DNA of 64,000 nucleotides from Squalus acanthias (lineage: Eukaryota): positions 117,864,001 through 117,928,000 of the forward strand of contig CM059432.1 in the NCBI GenBank assembly GCA_030390025.1. The letters are read 5' to 3'. Each line of letters begins with the position of its first letter. The stretch's first letter is position 1. Made by a program: the position numbers and the translations under genes. Positions 38,101-48,387 of the stretch are shown here, piece after piece. The notes beneath the pieces were generated by a model that searched no databases, was not told the origin of the DNA, and saw nothing but the letters and a program-made list of their open reading frames with translations.

Positions 38101-38255
38101 AAATGAGAAGTCGCACAACACCAGGTTATAGTCCAACAGTTTTATTTAAAATTACGAGCTTTCAGAGCTCCGCTCCTTCTTCAGGTACAGGTAAAGTGAG
38201 GATTAAAGTCTCCTTTTTGTCCACCCCAGTCCAACACCGGCATCTCCGCATCATG
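38101..38255. mobile_element. Penelope-like terminal repeat fragments with hammerhead-like core on - strand
   Basis: Same sequence as 17291-17382, plus the inverted terminus tttgtccaccccagtccaacaccggcatctccgcatcatg. Confidence 0.75.
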
Positions 38256-38333
38256 TCCAATATCAAAGAGAAACTGACTGTAAAGAAACTGGCCCTAAAT
38301 TTCCACATGTATTCTTGTGCTATAATTTCAATA

Positions 38334-38687
38334 GGTACGGTAGCATAGAGTTCAAATCCCACCACAGCAGCTGGGGAATTTAATCTCAATTAATTAAATA
38401 AATCTGGAATAAAAAGCTAGTGTCAGTAATGGTGGCCATGAATGTCCTTTAGGGAAGAAAATCTTCCGTCCTTACCCGATCTGGCCTATATGTGACTCCA
38501 GACCCACAACAATGTGGTTGACTCTTAACGGCCCTCTGAAAACAAGACAGTCAGTTGGACCAAACTGCTACAAAGAAGTAGCACGGACTGCAGCGGCTCA
38601 CCACCACCTTCTCCAGGGCAATTAGGGATGGGCAATAAATGCTGGCCTTGCCAGCGACGCCCACTTCCCGTGAATGAATTTTTAAAA
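38334..38687 (+). mobile_element. Bipartite tRNA-headed SINE (internal-deletion derivative of the tRNA-headed LINE)
   Basis: GGTACGGTAGCATAG..GTTCAAATCCCACC head. The UTR up to actgctac is joined to the tail cacggactgcagcggctcaccaccaccttctc..gacgcccac.tccc. Confidence 0.85.
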
Positions 38688-38889
38688 GGTGATTGCGTAA
38701 CCCCTGGTGAAATGGTGCAAACTGCTGAAAATGGCGATCGGGAAAACGCCATTGGAAACTCAGACCCAATCTTTACAAGAGTTCAACAAAACAGGACATT
38801 CCCCAAAGTGATTTCTGCAGTATTAACTTTCACTCCACCTCAAGGAGCTGCAATACATCTACCTGGAAGCTTTGCAATCTCAGGAAGCA

Positions 38890-39297
38890 TATATTGGCCT
38901 TGGAGGCGGTGCAGCACAGCTTCAGCAGAATGATGCCGGGGCTAAAATGGTTAAATTATGAGGACAGGTTGCGTAGACAAGGCTTGTGTTCCTTCGAGTA
39001 TAGAAGATTAAAAGCTGATCTAATTGAGGTGTTTAAAAGGATTGAAGGAGTTTTTGGGGTAGATAGAGAGAAACTATTTCCCCTGCTGGGGGAGTCCAGA
39101 ACAAGGGGGCATAACCTTAAAATTAGAGTCAGGCCGTTCAGGGGCGATGTCAGGAAGCACTTCTTCACACAAAGGGTAGTGGAAATCTGGAACTCTCTCC
39201 CCCAAGTCTGTGGATGCTGGTTCAGATCAGCCATGATCTGAGTGAATGGCGGTACAGGCTCGAGAGGCTGAATGGCCTACTGCTCTTCCTATATTCC
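38890..39297 (+). mobile_element. CR1 LINE 3' fragment
   Basis: NYEDRLRRQGL.SFEYRRLKADLIEVFK..RTRGHNLK. Confidence 0.85.
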
Positions 39298-39569
39298 TAA
39301 ATGTCACTGTTACCTTAATTCTGAGGGCACTAGCTGAAAGGAGATATTTGCTAGCCTGTTATTCGGTGGAAGGAGAAATAAACTTTCTGGACAAAGTGGT
39401 TACAAGTTAAATCAATTAAGTTTCCTACAAGTGCTCAGCTAGTGCATGTGTGCTTAGTGTATTTTCTTTCAGTTTTTCTCTTGGTGGTAGTGCATGTTTT
39501 CTGGGTTCTACTTCCTAAACTTGTGCTCCTTCTCTGACACTAATGACAGAATTAAGGTGGTTGACTCTT

Positions 39570-40272
39570 GGGTCTTGATATTAATCCCCTCACAATGGGC
39601 GGAAGGAGGTTGTGGGGATGGGTTAAACCCTAAAAAACACGAAAGGCGACCCCAAACCCACTGCGTACACGCCTGCCGCCATTTTTATGGTGGTGGGTAG
39701 CGAGCCATGCAAGTGTCCCATCTTGGAGAGGCGGGACACTTCATTAACATATTTAAATCAGGCTCCCACAGTGCAATTGGGAGCCCGTTTTAAATTTAGC
39801 TGCTGCCGGCCGGGTTTCCCAGGGCTCGAGACACCCGGCAGCAAAAGGGAGGCGGGAGCTGCTGGCTCCAGAAGTTTGGTGCTTTTTGTAGCACTCCATG
39901 TGGGCCAGGAGGAGCAGGAATGCTCCCCCTGCCCCCTCAAGGAAGCCTTCGGCCTCCCTTCTGCTGATTGTGTACTCTCTCTAACCCGTGCCACGATTGG
40001 TGACCTCCGCACCCCCCGCAAGCCCCAATCTGCAACCTGCCCTCCTCCCGATTGCCGGGAATCGTCTCCAAGGGTCCCCAAGGATGCAGCCTCCTGCCGC
40101 TAATTTTCCCTATGGCAGCCAGCCAGTGGGTCAATTTGGCTGGCTGTCGGGTGGGAAACGGAAAAAAAGGATTATAACGAGGACCCGCCGTTGAATTCAG
40201 CAGGACCTGCATTTCCCCATCCTTGCCGGGTTTTCCCCCATACCCTCCCTGCCTCCCCATAAATATCAGAGC
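39570..40272. mobile_element. Harbinger-type MITE
   Basis: Ends GGGTCTTGATATT and AATATCAGAGC. GC-rich interior resembles 49746-50612. Confidence 0.55.
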
Positions 40273-41523
40273 TTTGGGATCAAAGTGGCCCTCTGCCTCC
40301 TTGTGCCCCGAGAACTGGCTCTGCAGCATCGGCTGTTGAGATGTCTGCCTAATCCTGCTCATTTTCTGCCATGTCGTCTGTCATTTGAGGGGGAGGAGCT
40401 GGAGAGGCTGGTGGGGTCTCTTCCTGAGAGGCAGCAGCTTAATCCATTCCTATTCCATGCCCTTGCTGTTAGGCACTCCCTCAGCATATCAAGTGAAATG
40501 CATGGGTGCAAATCACTGAGCAGCAATGAAGCCACTATAGCTCTGCATAATTGCTCTCTCCAACCGATCTCCCAGCATATGGAAACCAAACAAAGCAGCC
40601 TCTTAGAGATTGGAACCCAAGCCTTCCATAGCAGCAGTGTGAGTATTCATGAGAGATACTCCAGTGTGTCTAGGATACAATGGATCAAACCATCACTTTG
40701 AATAGCAGACATGCAGCTATTTGCATCTCCTTTCTTTACCCTTTTAATGTTTTGCCCAAGTAAGGCTTATTTAGCAGCTAAGGCAAAGCCTCTATATTCA
40801 GGTTAATTAGTAGATCAAACAACCTGGCCTGTATCTCACAGACAAATGGGTTATGATCTCCATTTTGAAATGTAGTCAGAAAAGACAACTTCCATTTTAA
40901 CTTTAATTTAAACACATTTGCCCCTTTCTATTTTTAAATATAATACATCAATCTCTATTTTGGGGAATAGCTGAACAAAATGATTCTAATAGGATGTAAA
41001 AAAAGAACTTCAGGTATGGTCTGGTAAGGTAGGCAGTGGCCGAAGGTTGGGAGTACTTCACAGGAAACATGCAATGCTTTGATCTAGTACCGAACAAGCA
41101 CCAAGTGGACATATGTTTAGTATAGTTATAGCCTGTTATGCTATTGTAACATGTTTAATTCATGACTTGTTTAGCTGTCTATTTTCTGATATCCTATGCT
41201 TTCCTTCTATTTTTATGTCTGTCACAGATTATGAAACTTGTGCTGTTTATTTTTCCAAGTCTTGTGTGTGAAAAAATTGGAAAATTATTTTATTCTGAGT
41301 TTTCAACCTTCCGTCTGTTCTTCCAAGAGGCTCAAGTGCCTCATTCTAATTAACATGATTAGTCAATTATCTGTGAAGGTGATGGATTGTCCTCAGCAGT
41401 GTGAAATCTTGTATACTGTAACAACTAGCAAATCTGTGTTTCTGGAAATGTGTTTGGAAGAGGTTTGTGCTCGTCTGATATCAGATATAAATATGTTTTC
41501 AGGGTTGTGTCCTGGCAATAATA

Positions 41524-41816
41524 AGAAAGAAAGAGCTTCCTTTTATATAGCATCTTTCACGACCTCAGGACGTCCCAAAGTCAGTGAAGTAATAATGGAG
41601 TGCAGTTACTGTTGTAATGTAGGAAAGCTCGTGGCAGCCAAATTGCACACAGCAAGGTCCCACAAACAGCAATGAGATAAATGACCAGGTAACTTGTTTT
41701 AGGTGTTGGTTGAGGGATAAATGTTGGCCAGGGCATCAGGAGAATCCCCCTGCTCTTCTTCGAATAATGCCATGGAATCTTTTATGTCCACCTGAGAGGG
41801 CAGATGGGCCTCGGTT
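41524..41816 (-). mobile_element. Deu-domain SINE, 3' half (continues at 46615-46722)
   Basis: Tail plus gcagccaaattgcacacagcaaggtcccacaaacagcaatgagataaatgaccag..cacctgagagggcaga, split at CCTCGGTT. Confidence 0.75.
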
Positions 41817-42087
41817 TACGGTTGCCAACTTTGGTTGGAGGCATTCCTGGAGATATGATCACATGCAAGTCTGACCCCAGGACGCCTGACCATGTGATGC
41901 CTGATCACATGACATCTGATCACATGACATTCAATCACATGACATTATTTCATATGACTGCTATAAATGTTATTGCATTTGCCTGATAAAGGTTGGGTCC
42001 CCTGTAGTTGAGTATTCTTGCATGTGGTTTCAAGCCAGCAGCTATTGTGCAACAAGTTCCACAAACCCGGAGGCCACCCAGGAGCAG

Positions 42088-43233
42088 GAGAAGAGGGGAA
42101 TCCGAGGGCGGCAGAGAGGGGAATCCGAGGGCAGTGAAGAAGGGAATCCGAGGGCAGGGAAGAGGGGAATCCGAGGGCGGGGAAGAGGGGAATCCGAGGG
42201 CGGTGAAGAGGGGAATCCAGGGGTGGTGAAGAGGAGAATCAGAGGGCAGTGAAGAGGAGAATCAGAGGGCGGTGAAGAGGAGAATCAGAGGGCGGGGAAG
42301 AGGAGAATCCGAGGGCGGTGAAGAGGAGAATCAGAGGACGGGGAAGAGGGGAATCCGAGGGTGGTGAAGAGGAGAATCAGAGGGCGGGTAAGAGGAGAAT
42401 CCGAGGGCGGTGAAGAGGAGAATCCGAGGGCGGTGAAGAGGGGAATCTGAGGGCGGTGAAGAGGAGAATCCGAGGGCGGTGAAGAGGGGAATCCAGGGGT
42501 GGTGAAGAGGGGAATCCGAGGGCGGTGAAGAGGAGAATCCGAGGGCGGTGAAGAGGAGAATCCGAGGGCGGTGAAGAGGGGAATCCAGGGGTGGTGAAGA
42601 GGGGAATCCGAGGGCGGGGAAGAGGGGAATCCAGGGGTGGTGAAGAGGGGAATCCGAGGGCGGGGAAGAGGGGAATCCGAGGGTGGGGAAGAGGAGAATC
42701 CGAGGGTGGTGAAGAGGAGAATCAGAGGGCGGGGAAGAGGAGAATCCGAGGGCAGTGAAGAGGGGAATCTGAGGGCGGTGAAGAGGGGAATCCAGGGGTG
42801 GTGAAGAGGGGAATCCGAGGGCGGGGAAGAGGGGAATCCGAGGGTGGGGAAGAGGAGACTCCGAGGGCAGTGAAGAGGAGACTCCGAGGGCAGTGAAGAG
42901 GAGACTCCGAGGGTGGTGAAGAGGGGAATCCGAGGGTGGTGAAGAGGAGACTCCGAGGGTGGTGAAGAGGAGACTCCGAGGGTGGTGAAGAGGGGAATCC
43001 GAGGGTGATGAAGAAGAGACTCCGAGGGTGGTGAAGAGGAGAATCCGAGGGCGGGGAAGAGGAGAATCCGCGGGTGGTGAAGAGGGGAATCCGAGGGCGG
43101 TGAAGAGGGGAATCCGAGGGCGGTGAAGAGGGGAATCCGAGGGTGGTGAAGAGGAGACTCCGAGGGCGGTGAAGAGGGGAATCCGAGGGCGGTGAAGAGG
43201 GGAATCCGAGGGCGGTGAAGAGGGGAATCCGAG
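42088..43233 (+). repeat. 23-bp G-rich minisatellite, about 50 units
   Basis: Unit GAAGAGG(G/A)GAATCCGAGGG(C/T)GG(T/G). Confidence 0.95.
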
Positions 43234-43280
43234 GAAACCCCCCATTTCAGAGACCCCTCGAATTCAGAGACCCACTGTTA

Positions 43281-43365
43281 GACGGTAGCATAGTGGTTAT
43301 GTTACTGGTCTAGTAATCCAGAAGCCTGGACTAATGATCTAGAGTATGGGAGTTCAAGGCCCACC
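43281..43365 (+). promoter_or_regulatory. tRNA-Thr(AGT)-derived Pol III type 2 internal promoter
   Basis: A box TAGCATAGTGG (43286-43296), anticodon-like loop CTAGTAA, B box GTTCAAGGC (43352-43360). Confidence 0.75.
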
Positions 43366-46316
43366 ACGGCAGCTGGGGAAATTAAATTCAGATAATTAAA
43401 TAAATCTGGAATAAAAAGCTGTTATCAGTAATGGTGACCATGAAACTACCAGACTGTCGTTAAAACCCATCTGGTTCACTAATGCCCTTTAGAGAAGGAA
43501 ATCTGCCGTCCTTACCTGATCTGGTCTATATGTGACTCCAGACCCACAGCAATGTGGTTGACTCTTAACTACCCTTTGAAATGGCCTAGCAAGTCACTCA
43601 GTTGTACAAAAACTGCTACGGAAAAAAATAATGAGAATAAAACCGGACAGACCACCCGCCATTGACTAGGCACTGCATTCGGACACGACAATGGCACACC
43701 CAGCCCGGTCAACCCTGCAAAATTCTCCTCACTAACATCTGGGGACTTGTGCCAAAATTGGGAGAACTGTCCCACAGACTAGTCGAGCAACAGCCTGACA
43801 TAGTCATACTCACAGAATCATACCTTTCAGCCAATGTCCCAAACTCCTCCATCACCATCCCTGGGTATGTCCTGTCCCACTGGCAGGACGGACCCACCAG
43901 AGGTGGCGGCACAGTGGTATACAGTCAGGAAGGAGTGGCCCTGGGAGGACTCAACATTGACTTTGGACCCCATGAAGCTTCAGGTCAAGCATGGGCAAGG
44001 AAACCTCCTGCTGATTACCACCTACTGCCCTCCCTCAGCTGATGAATTAGTACTCCTCCATGTTGATCAGCACTTGGAAGAAGCGCTGAGGGTAACAAGA
44101 GCACAGAATGTACTCTGGGTGGGGGACTTCAATGTCCATCATCAAGAGTGGTTCGGTAGCACCACTACTGACCAAACTGGCCGAGGCGTGAAGGACATAA
44201 CTGCCAGTCTAGGCCTGTGGCAGTGGTGAGAGAACCAACATGAGGGAAAAACCTACTTGACCTTGTCCTCATCAATCTACCTGTCGCAGATGCATCTGTC
44301 CATGACAGTATTAGTAGCAGTGACCATCGTACAGACCTTTGGAGACTAAGTCCTGTCTTCACACTGAGGACACCCTCCATTTTGTTGTGTGGCACTACCG
44401 CCGTGCTAAATAGGATAGATTCAGAACAGATCTAGCAGATCAAAACTGGGCATCCATGAGGCACTGTGGGCCATCAGCAGCAGCAGAATTGTATTCCACC
44501 ACAATCTGTAACCTCATGGCCCGGCATATCCCTCACTCCACCATTACCACCAAGCCAGGGGACCAACCCTGGTTCAATGAGGTGTGCGGCAGAGCATGCC
44601 AGGAGCAGCACCAGGCGTACCTAAAAATGAGGTGCCAACCTGAGGAAGCTGCAACACAGGACTACATGCATGCTAAACAGCGGAAGCAGCATGTTGTCGA
44701 CAGAGCTAAGCAATCCCACAATCAACGGATCAGATCAAAGCTCTGCAGTCCTGCCACATCTAGTTATGAATTGTGGTGGACAATTAAGCAACTAATGGGA
44801 GGAGGAGGCTCCATGAATATCCCCATCCTCAATAATGGAGGAGCCCAGCATGCAAGTGCAAAATACAAGGCTGAAGCGTTTGCAACCATCTTCAGCCAGA
44901 AGTGCTGAGTGGATGATCCATCTCGGCCTCCTCCTGAGGTCCCCACCATCACAGAAGCCAGTCTTCAGCCAATTCGATTCACTCCACGTGATATCAAGAA
45001 ATGGCTGAGCACGCTGGATACTGCAAAGGATATGAGCCCCGACAACATCCCGGCTATCATGCTGAAGATCTGTGTTCCAGAACTTTATTACAGCCTTGGT
45101 CCAAACATGGACAAAAGAGCTGAATTCCAGAGGTGAGTTGAGAATGACTGCCCTTGACATCAAGGCAGCAGTTGGCCGAGTGTGGCATCAAGGAGTCCAA
45201 GTAAAATTAAAGTCAATGGGAATCAGAGGGAAAATTCTCCACTGGCTGAAGTCATACTAGCACAAAGGAAGATGGTTATGGTTGTTGGAGGTCAATCATC
45301 TAAGCCCCAGGACATCACTGCAGGAGTTCCTCAGGGCAGTATCCTAGGCCCAACCATCTTCAGCTGTTTCATCATGACCTTCCCTCCATCATAAGGTCAG
45401 ACATGGTGATGTTCGCTGATGATTGCACAGTGTTCAGTTCCATCCGCAACTCCTCAGATAATGAAGCAGTTCATGCCTGCATGCAGCAAAACCTAGATGA
45501 CATTCAGGCTTGGGCTAATAAGTGGCAAGTAACGTTCAGGCCACACAAATGCCAGGCAATGACTATCTCCAACAAGAGGGAGTCTAACTACCGCCCTTTG
45601 ATATTCAACGGCATTACCAACGCCGAATCCCCCACCATCAACATCCTGGGGGTTACCATTGACCAGAAACCTAACTGGATCAGCCACATAAAAACCGTGG
45701 CTACAAGAGCAGGTTAGAGGCTGGGTATTCTGCGGCGAGTGTCTCACCTCCTGACTCCACAAAGCCTTTCCACTATCTACAAAGCGCAAGTCAGGAGTGT
45801 GATGGAATACTCTCCACTTGCCTGGATGAGTGCTGCTCCAACAACACTCAAGAAGCTCAATGCCATCAAGGACAAAGCAGCCCGTTTGATTTGCACCCCA
45901 TCAACCACCTTAAGCATTTACTCCCTCCACCACTGGCATACCGTGGCTGCAGTGTGTACCATCTACAAGATGCACTGCAGCAACTCGCCAAGGCTTCTTC
46001 GGCAGCACCTCCCAAACCCACGACCTCTACCACCTAGAAGGACAAGTTCTGGAGATGCATGGAAACACCATCACTTCTAAGTTCCCCTCCAAGTAACACT
46101 CCATCCTGACTTGGAAGTATATCGCCGATCTCTCATCGTCGCTGGGTCAAAATCCTGGAACTCCCTCCCTAACAGCACTGTGGGAGTACCTTCACCACAC
46201 GGACTGCAGCAGTTCAAGAAGGCGGCTCACCACCACCTTCTGAAGGGCAATTAGGGATGGACAATTAATGCTGGCCTTGACCAGTGACGCCCACATCCCA
46301 GGAATGAACAAAAAAA
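43281..46316 (+). mobile_element. tRNA-headed single-ORF LINE (APE endonuclease and RT, CR1/L2-group-like), copy 1, decayed, internal deletion near 45085
   Basis: ILLTNIWGL, PDIVILTESYL, RGGGTVVY, WVGDFNVHH, SDH, GVPQGSILGP, MFADDCT. A-rich tail. Confidence 0.9.
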
Positions 46317-46614
46317 GTATTTCAGAGACCCCTATTTTAAAGACCCACCAATTTCAGTGATCACCCTGAATGCTGAGAACCCCCCGACTGCTGAAACCTG
46401 CGATTCCCGACAGTCCAGCCTCCTCCGCGCAGTCGCGGCTCTCTGCGGGTGATGTCACTAAGCCGCATGCTGCTCTAACGAAGCGGGGGTGGGGGCGTGC
46501 TGCGGCTGGAAATTTAAATTGCTGAATCTCCCGAGCTGCTGGAGGCATAGCTCGGGGTAAGAAGCCACGATTCCATGAAACTCCTGGTAATACCAGGAGG
46601 GGTTGGGAACCCTA

Positions 46615-46722
46615 CCTCGGTTTAACGTCTCATCTGAAAGACGACACCTCTGACAGTGCAGCATTCCTTCAGTACTGAACTGGAGTGACAGCCGAGATTA
46701 TGTGCTCAACTGTTTGGAGTGG
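46615..46722 (-). mobile_element. Deu-domain SINE, remaining part
   Basis: cctcggtttaacgtctcatctgaaagacgacacctctgacagtgcagca..cagtactg..ctggagtg.cagcc. Confidence 0.75.
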
Positions 46723-47176
46723 CAATTTCAATACGATTGCCGTGTTTTTGCTGTATAAAAATATTTTATGATTCTGTAAGTACATAATTCTTAATTTTGG
46801 TATATATTAAAATGTTTTGCCAGGCCAAAACGTTTTTTGAAGTGAAATAAAGTCGGTGAATGTAACAGACTGTCTTTCACTGATAAGTGGACATGGAATG
46901 TGCTTTGATGTGCTTTACTAAAAGGCAGCAAACATTTGGTGAGCAAATGTGCTTTCAAAAGAAACTGTTTGATCGGAGCTGCTTTGTGATGGAGATATTT
47001 CAAGAGCTGGGTGTCAGATAGCAGATACTGACAGACCAAATGGCTGTGACTGCAGGGGGTAGTCATAGACAACAGAGATAAACAAACCCCCTTAGAGTTG
47101 CCAACTTCGTGTCTACAACAAACAGGCCACAGGGTTCTGGAAAAACCTTTGGTGGCTAAAGGGGAGGAGTCATACC

Positions 47177-47712
47177 TTGGGAGTTCTGAAATACGGGATG
47201 CAACGTAACACGTGAAATGTGACCGAGCGGTTTACTGCCACTTCTGTAAACTTTTATGAGTGAATGAACAATTTGGGCTTTGATAAAGGCAGCTAACGGG
47301 GTCAAACATTAAAGGAACACCTCTCAATCTCTGAATGATTGATTTACTGAGAAAGGCAAGGAAAACTGTATAAAAGACATGACTTAAAATATCGGCACTG
47401 CAGTCGAAAGGTAAAGAGCTGCTGCAGTCGGAAGGAGGGGCCTGGCCGATCATCTCATCTCGAAGAGCTGCTGCAGTTGAAAGGAAGTGGCCTACAATCA
47501 ATGGATACTGGACTGATCATCTGCGAGTGGTTGTATGTATGATTTCCTGTAACATTATTGCTGTACTACTTGAATAGTGGTTGGGGTTTTGAATCTGTCT
47601 TAGGAACGATAAAAGACGTGTGTCTGGTGTAATTTCTCATTAGTCTCAAGTCCAAACTCTTTAACCTGTTGGACGGGGCGAGTGGTAATTCATCACGTCC
47701 TAGAATTCTAAT
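47177..47712 (+). mobile_element. Possible solo LTR or unclassified repeat
   Basis: TATAAAAG near 47379, internal repeats of agagctgctgcagt.gaa, weakly inverted ends. No TSD confirmed. Confidence 0.3.
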
Positions 47713-48387
47713 GATTCAACAAAACTCTCATGCTGTGCACACACTGCATTGTATTTCCCAGCCTGCTTATGAGCACTCCCTCAGTACTGTATTCAAGTGT
47801 CAGCCTTGATTATGTTATCAAATCTCTTTGGTTGGTATTCAAATGTGAAAACAGCGAGCTGATATGCTCCGACTCAGCAGTTGTTGCAATCCTGTGGCTG
47901 CAGATTCTGAAGTGATAAACCAGCTAGCAGTGCAGAAGATGCAGGATTGATTATCCTCTCTGTCACAATGGCAGTGGATCTTTGATGGCCCTGTCCCTTG
48001 CCTGCGACTCTGACACCAGTCGATTTCCTGCAGTCAGAGTAATTTAAATAATTAAGTGAGGTTACCGGGCCATTTATGGCATTTTCTCTTTCTTTGGACT
48101 TTAAACACACAATCGTGACTAGACAAAGTGATCCTTTAAAATCGAAACCTCCCTTTGTGGCCCATAGCAATGCTGGATAGCAGGGGGTCGATTTTCAACC
48201 CCTCTGCCAGATGACCATGGAGTGGTAGAGCAGCAATTCCTGTTCCATTCTCGCCAATGTTTGGGTCAGTGCCATTTTGTTTGGAGCCTTGAAATAGGAG
48301 TGCACTGGAAACAGGCAGCAACTTCACTATCCCATGCAAATCGGGGTCCTATGACGTCAATGTAGATTCCATTGAGAAATAAAAGCT

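Larger units (their letters stand above)
41817..46614. mobile_element. Non-autonomous hAT-type element carrying a minisatellite and a nested LINE
   Basis: TIRs TACGGTTGCCAAC and GTTGGGAACCCTA. Perfect 8-bp TSD CCTCGGTT (41809-41816, 46615-46622). Confidence 0.8.

Noticed and set aside
42331..43245. 304-aa Pro/Ser-rich ORF and spaced-repeat appearance
   Set aside because: Translation of a 23-bp tandem minisatellite. It has no unique spacers, so it is neither a gene nor a CRISPR array.
43281..43365. Functional tRNA-Thr gene
   Set aside because: It has an extra duplicated arm, no clear acceptor stem and no downstream T-run terminator, and it is repeated as an element head.
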